Below are positions 38,536 to 47,370 of a stretch of DNA of 56,057 bases, one piece after another. The DNA is from an uncultured Vicinamibacterales bacterium. Lineage in GTDB: Bacteria > Acidobacteriota > Vicinamibacteria > Vicinamibacterales > 2-12-FULL-66-21. The notes below the pieces were generated by a model that saw only the letters and a program-made list of their open reading frames with translations, ran no database searches and was not told the origin of the DNA. Both the position numbers and the translations under genes were made by a program. How positions within the stretch are numbered: the stretch's first letter is position 1; each line of letters opens with the position of its first letter. The stretch spans positions 1 to 56,057 of the forward strand of contig CAYZBZ010000002.1 in assembly GCA_964476725.1 (NCBI GenBank). The letters are read 5' to 3'.

Positions 38536-38775
38536 CGGCCAGCGCATCTTCGTCGTCCGGCGCGAGGACTACATTTACCTGGTGCCGTTCCCGCCTTCGC
38601 CCGCAGATGTGCAGCGCGGGCGTCGGCGAGGTCTCGCCGTAGCGCTTCGCGCGGAGGCGGACGTCGAAGATGAGCACACGGTCTTCCTGAAGACGATCAT
38701 CCCGAGCCGGAAGGCCAACGCAGCAGTACCTCGGTGAGGAGTCCGATGATGAAGATGGACGCTGACGAGAGAGGT
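38536..38775 (+). pseudogene. C-terminal half of a BrnT-like toxin and start of its antitoxin
   Basis: GQRIFVVRREDYIYLVPF[insert]VEDEHTVFLKTIIPSRKA; then GAGGAG and MMKMDADER. Confidence 0.7.
38591..38662. repeat. 72-bp palindromic (REP/RPE-like) element inserted in frame
   Basis: Outer IR CCGCCTTCGC/GCGGAGGCGG; inner hairpins GCCCGC..GCGGGC and CGGCGAG-GT-CTCGCCG. Confidence 0.75.
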
Positions 38776-39114
38776 TGCTCGAGCGTGCTGCACAAATACG
38801 CGTCCGGTCGTCTCAAGGAGGTCTGAGTCGCGACGATTGTTCCGCTTTAGGGGGCCTCAGAGACGAACAAATTGCGGAGTGCTCGCGTTGTAATCGTGCG
38901 CCGCCGCAGAAGAAGGCGTCGGGTTCGGCGTCCAAAGTCGTCGTCAGGGACGACTTCGGCGCCGCCGCGATCGTCACCTATTTTCCGCACCAGGATTGTC
39001 ATTCTTTGTGTGGATCCGACGAGATCCGTACTGTATAGTCCGGCTCATCACCCCACACAGCGTGCAGCGTGTCGAACGCGCCGCGTCTCACGCGCATTGC
39101 GGAGGACTAGAACG

Positions 39115-39765
39115 ATGAAGCGGTTGTGCTCGGCTCTCGCGATCGTGTTCGCTGGCGCGGCGATGACTGCGCGGCCGGTTGACGCAGGCCCCATCCTCGC
39201 CATTTCGAACGTGACGAACAGCTCGTTTACCGTGAACACGACGCTCGGGTATTCGTTCGCGGCACTCGACGATCTGATCGCGACCGATTTGGGAATGTTC
39301 GATCTCGACCTCGGCACCAATGTGGTCGGCGACGGCCTGACGGAACCGCACACCGTCGGGCTGTGGGAAGCCGACGGCACGCTGTTGTCGTCCGCCGTCG
39401 TGCCCGCCGGAACGGCAGGGACGCTGGTCGGTGGCTTCCGCTACACGCCGATTGCGCCGGTATTGCTCGAATCGGGCGCGACCTTCGTTGTCGGCGTGCA
39501 TTACGGGTTTCTCATCGGCGACGCGTACACGTATCCGAGCGCGGCGACATTCACGTGGGATTCCCTGATCGCGCCCGGCACCGGTGTCCGCTTCGACGGA
39601 GGCTTCGGATTCCCGACCACCGGTCTCGGGTTCATCCCGGGCGGCCCGAACCTGATCGTCTCGGCCGCGCCCGATCCGACACCCGTCCCGGAACCCGGCA
39701 CGCTGGCCTTGCTGGGCGCCGGTCTGATGGGCGCGGCGGCGGCGCGCCGCCGGACCCGCCTGTAA
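39115..39765 (+). CDS. PEP-CTERM sorting domain protein
   Basis: Signal peptide; C-terminal VPEPGTLALLGAGL..RRRTRL; GGAGG RBS. Confidence 0.92.
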   Translation: MKRLCSALAIVFAGAAMTARPVDAGPILAISNVTNSSFTVNTTLGYSFAALDDLIATDLGMFDLDLGTNVVGDGLTEPHTVGLWEADGTLLSSAVVPAGTAGTLVGGFRYTPIAPVLLESGATFVVGVHYGFLIGDAYTYPSAATFTWDSLIAPGTGVRFDGGFGFPTTGLGFIPGGPNLIVSAAPDPTPVPEPGTLALLGAGLMGAAAARRRTRL

Positions 39766-40039
39766 ATGGTGGCGCGTCATCCGATGGTCCGGAACGATCC
39801 CAGCGTGTGTTCATCCAGCTGACGGTCGAAGAGGCATGACGTCGTCGGAAGCGCCGCCGCCGTCGGTGCTTTCGAAGGGCAAGGCTGCCCGCGAGTTGGA
39901 TCTGGCGGCCTCGGCGCTGCGCAGGCGGATCGCTCGAAGGGCGCACGGGCCTGACGACCGCGGAGCGCGAGGAGCTGGTGCGGTTCCGCCGAGCGCTCCG
40001 GATCGCGGAAGAAGAGCGGGACATATTAAGAAAAGCCAC

Positions 40040-41254
40040 GGCAGGTTCAAGGCGTCGATGGAACGCAGGTCGCCAGTCTATCAGCGGGTGTGTCGTAACC
40101 CAGGATCTTGCGCGGGCGCATGTTGAGGCGACGCGCGACCCCGTTGAGACTCGCCTGCGTGTAGGTCGAGAGGTCGGTGCCCTCTGGGAAATACTGCCGC
40201 AGGAGGCCGTTCGTATTTTCGTTCGAGCCGCGCTGCCAGGGACTTTGCGGATCGCAGAAGTACACGCGGACGTCGGTGGCCACGGAGAAGGACTTGTGTG
40301 CGGCCAATTCCATTCCGCGATCCCAGGTAAGTGATGACATCAGACCGGTGGGAAGGGCGCGTACCCGGCGCGTTAGCGCCTGCACGACACTCTGCGTGTC
40401 CTTGCCGGGGAGACGCACCAGCATCACAAAACGTGACTGCCGCTCGACAAGGGTTGCAATGTGAGAGTTGGACTTCCCCGCGAGGAGATCGCCCTCCCAG
40501 TGACCGGGTACCGCGCGATCTTCGATACTCGGTGGCCGCTCGCGGATCGATACGGCATCGATGATCTGCCCACGGGGTTGGCCGGCCGTCGTCGCATGCT
40601 GGGAGCAACGCATCGTCTTACGACGCCGGAGGTGCCGTATCAGCGCTTTCTTCAGTACGCCTCGGCTCTGCACGAACAAGCTCAGGTAGATCGTCTCGTG
40701 CGACACCTGCATGTCCGGATCCTTGGGATAGGTCCGCTTGAGCCAGCCCGCGATCTGCTGCGGTGACCAATCGGCCTCGAGCTTCTCCGTGACACGCGTG
40801 CACAAGGCTGGAAGCTGAGCGAGTCGACAGGGCTGAGGCCGCAGCGCCAGGTTCCATGCGTTCGCGTCCGCCACCGCAGCGCGATACCACCGACGACCAC
40901 CGTGCCGGCCCACTTCTCGGCTGACTGTGGACGTCGCACGACCGAGCCGCACGCCGATCTGCCGGAATGATACGCCCGTAGCCAGGCCCCGCGAGATCTC
41001 CTCGCGCTCGCTAACCGTCAGGGCCCGAGACGAACGACATCGAGGCGCCGGCGGGATCCCGCCGCGAGCCCGCACGACGTGGAAAACCGCGCCAGGAATA
41101 CGGTCAATGGCTCGGCCGATCTCACTGAGCGACTGTCCTTGCTTCCACCGCTGCCAAATCTCTGTCTTGTCGCTGACGGTCATCCGCGATCGTCGCACGC
41201 ACTGCATGATCCCTCCGATCATTCATCGCGTTGCATCGACCGCCTGAATTCACC
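40040..41254 (-). mobile_element. IS30-family insertion sequence, apparently intact
   Basis: Imperfect IRs GGCAGGTTCAAGGCGTCGATGGAACGC and (reverse complement) GGTGAATTCAGGCGGTCGATGCAACGC; 2-bp AC target duplication. Confidence 0.92.
40047..41222 (-). CDS. IS30-family transposase
   Basis: WSPQQI, SHETIY, GHWEGD, TWDRGME, PWQRGSNENTNGLLRQY; exact start uncertain. Confidence 0.95.
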   Translation of the reverse strand: MIGGIMQCVRRSRMTVSDKTEIWQRWKQGQSLSEIGRAIDRIPGAVFHVVRARGGIPPAPRCRSSRALTVSEREEISRGLATGVSFRQIGVRLGRATSTVSREVGRHGGRRWYRAAVADANAWNLALRPQPCRLAQLPALCTRVTEKLEADWSPQQIAGWLKRTYPKDPDMQVSHETIYLSLFVQSRGVLKKALIRHLRRRKTMRCSQHATTAGQPRGQIIDAVSIRERPPSIEDRAVPGHWEGDLLAGKSNSHIATLVERQSRFVMLVRLPGKDTQSVVQALTRRVRALPTGLMSSLTWDRGMELAAHKSFSVATDVRVYFCDPQSPWQRGSNENTNGLLRQYFPEGTDLSTYTQASLNGVARRLNMRPRKILGYDTPADRLATCVPSTP

Positions 41255-42624
41255 ACCGCGTTCTTCGCGAAGCAGAGCCGATGACGTTTGCCTTCATCGC
41301 GGCGAAGAAGGCTGAGCATTGGGTCACGATTCTCTGCCGCTGCATGCGCGTTGACCCGCAGTGGGTTTACGCGTGGCTGCGACGCGGGCTTTCGGCCCGG
41401 GCGCGATCTCGTCTTGCGCACGAAGCTGCGCGCGTTTCACGCCGCCAGTGGCGATCGCTACGGGCGGCCCCGCTTGTGGAAGGATCTCAAAGAGGACGGC
41501 GAAGCCGTCAGCGAAAAGCGCGTGCGGCGCCTGATGCGGGCCGAGCAGATCCAGGGCTGCGTCCCGAAGCGGTTCAAGCAGACGACCAACAGCGATCATC
41601 AGGATCTCATCGCGGCCAATGTCCTGGCCCGGGACTTCACGGCGGCGGCGCCCAATCAACGGTGGGTCAGCGACACGACGGAGTTCGCGATCGGAGACAG
41701 TGCCAAGCTCTATCTGGCGGCGGTGCTCGATCTGTTTTCGGGCTTCGTCGTAGGCTGGGCGATCAGCGCCGTCAATGGTCGGCGCCTCACGCTGAAGGCG
41801 CTCGAGATGGCGGTGGCGCGTCGCTGCCCCGATCCTGGGCTCCTGCACCATTCGGATCGTGGCTGCACCTACACCTGCGAAGACTACCAAACGTATCTCG
41901 CCTGGCAAGGCATCACCTGCAGCATGAGTCGCCGCGGCGACTGTTACGACAATGCGGTGATGGAGAGCTTCTTCGCCACCGTGAAGAAGGAGGAGGCCGA
42001 GCGGTTTCCCAGCTACAGTGACGCCAAGATGGCGTTGTTTCGATTACATCGAGGTGTTCTATAACCAGCGACGGCGCCATTCGACACTCGGCCAGATCGG
42101 TCCGACGGCATATGAGCGTCGCACCGCCGCAGCCTAGCTCACGCCGGGGCGCTCGGCGGCACCCCACGCGATCGACAGACGCTGATGCGACCGCCGCCGA
42201 CCGCCTGTAAACTCTCTACGACCGACAATGAGCGCGACCTGAACTCGACGTAGTTAACCCGTCCACCGAATCGGATCAGGTCCACCTCGAATTGCACGCC
42301 TCGGAGTTGTGTAACGGTCTGATGAACCGTTACCTTCCGACGGAAGCCGGCGCCCTCTGTGTGCCGCCCGATTCTTGGCGCCGCGAGTGTGGGCGGTGGA
42401 GTGGGCCGATCCAGCTCAGGCCGGCAATCACTGATGCGTCAGCAACTTGCGGCGATGTCGGATTCAGAAAAAAATCGCTGCGTTCTGTTTCGCGGTCGCA
42501 AGCCGAGGTCGCGACAGTTCTCAAAGCGTTCCGAACGCTCGGAGGGGACACTTTCAGGGACAATCGCGGGGACAACGCCGGCCTCGTAAACCGAGATGTC
42601 GTATATACTTAGCGATCTCATTGC

Positions 42625-42718
42625 GGTGAGGTGGCCGAGTGGCCGAAGGCGGCGGTTTGCTAAACCGTTATAGGGCCTAAAAGCTCTATCCAGGGTTCGA
42701 ATCCCTGCCTCACCGCCA
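42625..42718 (+). tRNA. tRNA-Ser(GCT)
   Basis: Acceptor GGTGAGG/CCTCACC, anticodon arm GCGGT-TTGCTAA-ACCGT, long variable arm, TTCGAAT, G73, CCA. Confidence 0.97.
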
Positions 42719-42993
42719 GTTAAGTTGTTCTAGCCATTGATCTTTCCCTCGAGCCCAGGCCCCGTCTCCACGATATCTCCAAAGTTTTTACGGGACGGCG
42801 GCTGATCCAGCAGCCGAATCGCACTGTCCAGGTGCGGCCGGACTCAGGCTCGAGGAGGGGGCGGCCGTTTGACACCGTCTTCGGTCGCTGCCAGCGTGAG
42901 GCCGATGGTGAAGATGGAATCGATTGCTCTACACTCGCGCGAGGCAAAGCGAGGTCGAGAAGAGCTCCATCCTCCTCTGAAACGAGTTGCTGC

Positions 42994-44121
42994 ATGCCAC
43001 AAATCGCACCGAGCAATTCAGACCGCCACAGCGTGTCTGGTGCTTCGAGGATGGCTTTGGTTGGACTGGCATGTCTGGCCTATGCGACCGTGGGCTTCGG
43101 TCAGGCGACCACAGCACCTGCCGTCAAGACGTTTATCGACTATTTTCTTCCGATGCCCATCGCGGGTTCGCTCACATCGGATGTCTGGGGCGCGCCTGGC
43201 GTGTTTCCCCGTGATCCGAAGAATGGCCTTGAAGATGAGACCATGAAGCAGTGGTGTTATTGGGATGGCCAGATCATCAAGGGACCGGACGGCAAGTATC
43301 ACATGTTCGCCAGTCGTTGGGATCAAGCGCGGGGCCATAACGGATGGTTTGGATCGCTGGCCGTGCATGCGGTCGCCGACAGGGTCACCGGTCCTTACGT
43401 CGACAACGGTCTTGCCTGGCCGGACGATCAGGGCGGCAAAGGGCACAACGTGACGGCGCTGGTGATGCCCGACGGCCGTTATGCCATCGTCGTCAGCGAG
43501 ACCAGGCCCGGCGATGTGTTCGTTTCCAAATCTCTCGATGGGCCATGGGAACTCCTCGGCTCGATCAAGGTCGACCCCAACGGGTTCGGCGCGGCACGCA
43601 TGTCAAACCTGAGCATCATGGTTCGCCCAGACGGCAACTACATGATCGTGCCCCGGTCCGGTGCCATTTGGCTCAGCAAGGATGGCATCCTCGGGCCGTA
43701 CAAGGTTCAGGGGCCTCCCGTGTATCCGCAGGTTGCCGGCCTGCCGCTGCATAACCTGGAAGATCCGGTGGTCTGGTACAGCGGCGGCTTGTATCACATC
43801 GTGGTCAACGGCTGGAGTGATCGGAAAGCGTACCATCTGACGTCACCCGATGGAATTGCGGGCTGGACGCTCAGGGGATTGGCGTACGATCCGCGTACGA
43901 ACTTCGTGCGCTATACGGACGGCACGGTCAACCATTGGGACAAGATGGAACGCCCCGGCGTGCTCATTGAGAATGGGCATGTGACCGCCGTCACATTTGC
44001 GGTGCTTGATGTTGAAAAAAATCAAGAGAGAGGAAACGATACCCACGGCAGCAAGGTCATCGTCATTCCATTCGACGGGGCATCCCTCGATCGCGATCTG
44101 TGCCTGGCACGAGGGTGTTGA
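42994..44121 (+). CDS. Secreted five-bladed beta-propeller glycoside hydrolase-like protein
   Basis: Hydrophobic signal; WDG, YHMFASRW, GHN, EDPVVW, ERP motifs; start uncertain. Confidence 0.75.
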   Translation: MPQIAPSNSDRHSVSGASRMALVGLACLAYATVGFGQATTAPAVKTFIDYFLPMPIAGSLTSDVWGAPGVFPRDPKNGLEDETMKQWCYWDGQIIKGPDGKYHMFASRWDQARGHNGWFGSLAVHAVADRVTGPYVDNGLAWPDDQGGKGHNVTALVMPDGRYAIVVSETRPGDVFVSKSLDGPWELLGSIKVDPNGFGAARMSNLSIMVRPDGNYMIVPRSGAIWLSKDGILGPYKVQGPPVYPQVAGLPLHNLEDPVVWYSGGLYHIVVNGWSDRKAYHLTSPDGIAGWTLRGLAYDPRTNFVRYTDGTVNHWDKMERPGVLIENGHVTAVTFAVLDVEKNQERGNDTHGSKVIVIPFDGASLDRDLCLARGC

Positions 44122-44203
44122 CGCGGCACTATTTTCCGCGAATGCTCCTTCGCACCGCGCGCATCCTCTCTAGTGACTGCGGCGGGACCGAGCCGTCCTC
44201 GAA

Positions 44204-44223
44204 TTCGAATCCCTGCCTCACCG
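44204..44223 (+). repeat. att-like copy of the tRNA-Ser 3' end
   Basis: TTCGAATCCCTGCCTCACCG is identical to 42696-42715. Confidence 0.85.
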
Positions 44224-44271
44224 GCCGTGCAGCTCGCCAGCCGTTGAGCCACCAGCCGCTACAATAGAGGG

Positions 44272-45723
44272 ATGGTTCGCGTCCGCTTCGCTCCGTCGCC
44301 GACCGGGTACTTGCACATCGGCGGCGCCCGGACGGCGTTGTTCAACTGGCTGTACGCCCGGCGGCAGGGTGGTGTGTTCGTGCTGCGCATCGAAGACACC
44401 GACACCGAGCGGTCGTCGTGGGAGATGGTCGCCGGGATCGTCGATGGGCTGCGCTGGCTCGGGCTCGACTGGGACGAAGGGCCGGACATCGGCGGCCCGC
44501 ATGCCCCGTACTTCCAGTCGCAGCGCACAGAGAAGCACCGGGCGATGGCGGAACGGCTCGTGGCGGAACAGCGCGCCTACTACTGCTACTGCACGCCCGA
44601 GATCCTTCAGGCAAAACGACAGACGGCGGAGGCCGCCGGCGGCGGCTGGATCTACGACCGGACCTGCTGCGCTCTTGCGGCCGAAGACATCGCATCGCGC
44701 GAAGCCGGCGGAGTCCCACGCGCGATTCGATTCGAAGTCCCGCCAGGGCAGACGGGGTTTTCCGATCTCGTCCACGGACCGATCGCGTTCGAGAACGCGA
44801 ACATCGAGGACTTCGTGATCCTCCGATCGGATCGTCAGCCCACGTATCACCTGTCTGTCGTGGCCGACGACATGGACATGGCGATCAGCCACGTCGTGCG
44901 CGGCGACGATCACATCTCGAACACCCCGAAGCAAGTGCTGTTGTATCGGGCGTTCGGAGCGGAGCCGCCGAGCTTCGCGCACGTGCCGCTGATTCTCGGG
45001 CCCGATCGAAAGCGCCTCAGCAAACGGCATGGGGCGACCTCGGTGATGGAGTACCAACGGCTCGGCTTCCTGCCTGAGGCGATGGCGAACTTCCTGGCGC
45101 TGCTGGGCTGGTCGCCAGGCGACGATCGCGAACTCTTTACGCGGGATGAATTGATCGCCGCATTTGCGCTCGAAGGGATCAGCGGCGGGAACGCGATTTT
45201 CAACCCCGCGAAGCTGGACTGGTTCAACCAGCAGCACATCACGCGCCTTCCCATCGACGAGCTTGCGTCACGGGTCGAGCCCGTCCTCCGCGAGGCGGGC
45301 TTGTGGAAGCCTGAATTGGCCGGCGAGCAGCGAGAGTGGCTCTTTCGAGTGCTCGAGCTGGTCAGGCCGCGAGTGAAGAAGCTCGGCCAGTTCGTCGAGG
45401 AAGCTCGGCCGTTTCTGCAGGACGAGGTCCAGTACGACGCTGGGGCTGTCGCGAAACACTTCGCCAAGCCGGAGGTTCGCGGGGCGATCGATGCGCTGGT
45501 GCCCGCGCTTGGTGGCGTCCAGCCGTTCACGGCAGCAGCGCTCGAAGCCACAGTTCGAGCTCTGGCCGATGCCCAAGGCATCAAGGCCGCGGCTTTGATC
45601 CACGCCTCCCGAGTTGCGGTCACGGGCCGTGCCGTGAGTCCCGGATTGTTCGAAGTCCTCGAGCTTCTCGGGCGTGCTCGCGCGGTTGCCCGCGTCCGGG
45701 ACGCCCTCGCACTTCTTCCGTAG
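44272..45723 (+). CDS. gltX: Glutamate--tRNA ligase
   Basis: RFAPSPTG, HIGG, LRIEDTD, RGDDH, LSKR. Confidence 0.98.
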   Translation: MVRVRFAPSPTGYLHIGGARTALFNWLYARRQGGVFVLRIEDTDTERSSWEMVAGIVDGLRWLGLDWDEGPDIGGPHAPYFQSQRTEKHRAMAERLVAEQRAYYCYCTPEILQAKRQTAEAAGGGWIYDRTCCALAAEDIASREAGGVPRAIRFEVPPGQTGFSDLVHGPIAFENANIEDFVILRSDRQPTYHLSVVADDMDMAISHVVRGDDHISNTPKQVLLYRAFGAEPPSFAHVPLILGPDRKRLSKRHGATSVMEYQRLGFLPEAMANFLALLGWSPGDDRELFTRDELIAAFALEGISGGNAIFNPAKLDWFNQQHITRLPIDELASRVEPVLREAGLWKPELAGEQREWLFRVLELVRPRVKKLGQFVEEARPFLQDEVQYDAGAVAKHFAKPEVRGAIDALVPALGGVQPFTAAALEATVRALADAQGIKAAALIHASRVAVTGRAVSPGLFEVLELLGRARAVARVRDALALLP

Positions 45724-46039
45724 TTATACACGGACTGCCCATCTGGCGACGCCTCGTGACTCAGCTGGCGTGAGCAACCTTTTTCCCAGAAGAGGCCAAC
45801 CCGAGGTGTTCCCCTCTCGCGAGCCCCGGCCTCAAGCACCTCATCACGGCAGAAGTCTACCGGGATCCGGCAATCCCCTTCGTTATTCCCGGCCGAGCTT
45901 GATGCCCTGTAACGCGCAGGCAGTCAACAATTTCAGGCATTCTGTTGCTGTGGCACCTCGGTTGCACTGGCGTGCTCGCCGGCGAGCACGACAGCGGAAG
46001 CACGACAGCGGAACTACGGGAACCTGGGAGGAGGACAAC

Positions 46040-46318
46040 GTGGCCAAGGAAGATCGCGGGTTTGCGTCGATGGATCGCGCCAAGCAGCGAGAGATCGCAA
46101 GCAAGGGGGGCAAGGCAGCCCATCAGAAGGGTACCGCGCACGAATGGACGAGCGAAGAAGCGAGGGACGCAGGGCGCAAAGGGGGCATCGCGAGCCACCA
46201 GCGGCGCCGGGAGCAGACGGGCGACAGCGCAGCGTCCTCGGACGACTTGCGCGGCTCGATGTCATCAGAGTCGATGATGTCTTCGTCGTGGATGCCCTCT
46301 TCTGAAGAGACCCAGTAG
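46040..46318 (+). CDS. KGG-repeat general stress protein
   Basis: RGFASMD..KQREIASKGG, EARDAGRKGG; GGAGGAGG RBS before GTG. Confidence 0.92.
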   Translation: MAKEDRGFASMDRAKQREIASKGGKAAHQKGTAHEWTSEEARDAGRKGGIASHQRRREQTGDSAASSDDLRGSMSSESMMSSSWMPSSEETQ

Positions 46319-46709
46319 ACCGAAGAGAACGAGTAGACCGAAGAGCGCGAATAGAGGTCGCGGAGACGATTCAGAAGGAGGAACGAAGGCGGAGGGCTGG
46401 GGCTCGCATCACCACTTCAGCACCCGCTCGCCCCGCCATTCAGGACCTTCCACGACGTAACGCCACTCTGGATTCTGCTGCTCGCCGCGGAGCGTGCTGC
46501 AGATCTCGTTGAATGTGGCGAGGTGCTCGTCCGCGCACTCGAAGTACGGTGACGAAGAGGAACTTCGTGAACGCGAGGTTCGCGCCGAGACTCGTGCCGT
46601 TTCCGTTCATAGCCAGACGGTCGTATCGGTCAGGATTGAGATCGGCTATAAGCGGTACGCCCATCCCGAAGTAGCCGGCTGAGTCGCTCGGCTGCATGAT
46701 CGACAGCTC

Positions 46710-47354
46710 GTGACCCCCGACGATTACGCCCGCGCCCGCCGCCTGCTGATGCGCCGAGACCCGGTGCTGGCTGAGCTCATCAGGAAACACGGTCCCTGCG
46801 GCTTGGCGGCCGCGCAGCGCGCGGATCACTTCACCGCGCTCGTCCGCGCGATCACCGGCCAGCAGCTCTCGACCAAGGCGGCATCGACCATCTTCAGCCG
46901 TCTGGTTGCCCTGATGCCGGAGGGTGTGACGCCCGAGGCTCTCGCGGGACTGTCGGACGAGCAGTTCCGCGCGGTGGGAATGAGCCGGCAGAAAGTGGCG
47001 TACTTCCGTGACCTGTCCGAGAAGGTGGTGAGCGGAGCGCTGCCCCTTCGGAGTGCGGCGACCCCCGGCGGCGCCGCCGATCCGCTCGACGCGATGACCG
47101 ACGACGAGGTGATCGCCGCGCTGACCCAGGTGAAAGGGATCGGCCGCTGGACGGCGGAGATGTTCCTGATGTTCCGGCTGCACAGGCCGGACGTCCTGCC
47201 GTCCGGCGACCTCGGCATCGTGAACGCGGTGAAGAGCGTCTACCGCCTCCGCAAGAAGCCCACGCCCGACCGCATCCGCAAAATCGGCGAGGCGTGGCGT
47301 CCATACCGCTCTGTCGCCTCGTGGTATCTCTGGCGCAGCCTGGACAATCAATGA
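46710..47354 (+). CDS. DNA-3-methyladenine glycosylase II (AlkA-like HhH-GPD)
   Basis: ITGQQLS, VKGIGRWTAEM, D.LP.GD, WRPYRS. Confidence 0.93.
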   Translation: MTPDDYARARRLLMRRDPVLAELIRKHGPCGLAAAQRADHFTALVRAITGQQLSTKAASTIFSRLVALMPEGVTPEALAGLSDEQFRAVGMSRQKVAYFRDLSEKVVSGALPLRSAATPGGAADPLDAMTDDEVIAALTQVKGIGRWTAEMFLMFRLHRPDVLPSGDLGIVNAVKSVYRLRKKPTPDRIRKIGEAWRPYRSVASWYLWRSLDNQ

Positions 47355-47370
47355 CGAAAACTAATCAGTG

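Larger units (their letters stand above)
39770..42284 (+). mobile_element. IS3-family element, degraded and interrupted by IS30
   Basis: orfA end EERDILRKAT/AFFAKQSR*; frameshifted orfB (41281-42137) with WVSDTT, HHSDRG, DNAVMESFF; right end ...CGGATCAGGTCCA; left end approximate. Confidence 0.85.
36868..42665. mobile_element. Degenerate ~5.8-kb genomic islet bounded by tRNA-Ser 5'-half direct repeats
   Basis: 41-bp direct repeats; GGGACA repeats near both ends (37027/37039; 42545/42557/42569); IS relics inside. Confidence 0.75.

Noticed and set aside
46440-46700. Possible small gene between the KGG protein and the glycosylase
   Set aside because: No recognisable motif or convincing start in any frame.
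47049-47084. Third in-frame repeat insertion in the AlkA-like gene (RSAATPGGAADP)
   Set aside because: Only ~12 codons with weak pairing; cannot be told from ordinary loop variation without alignments.
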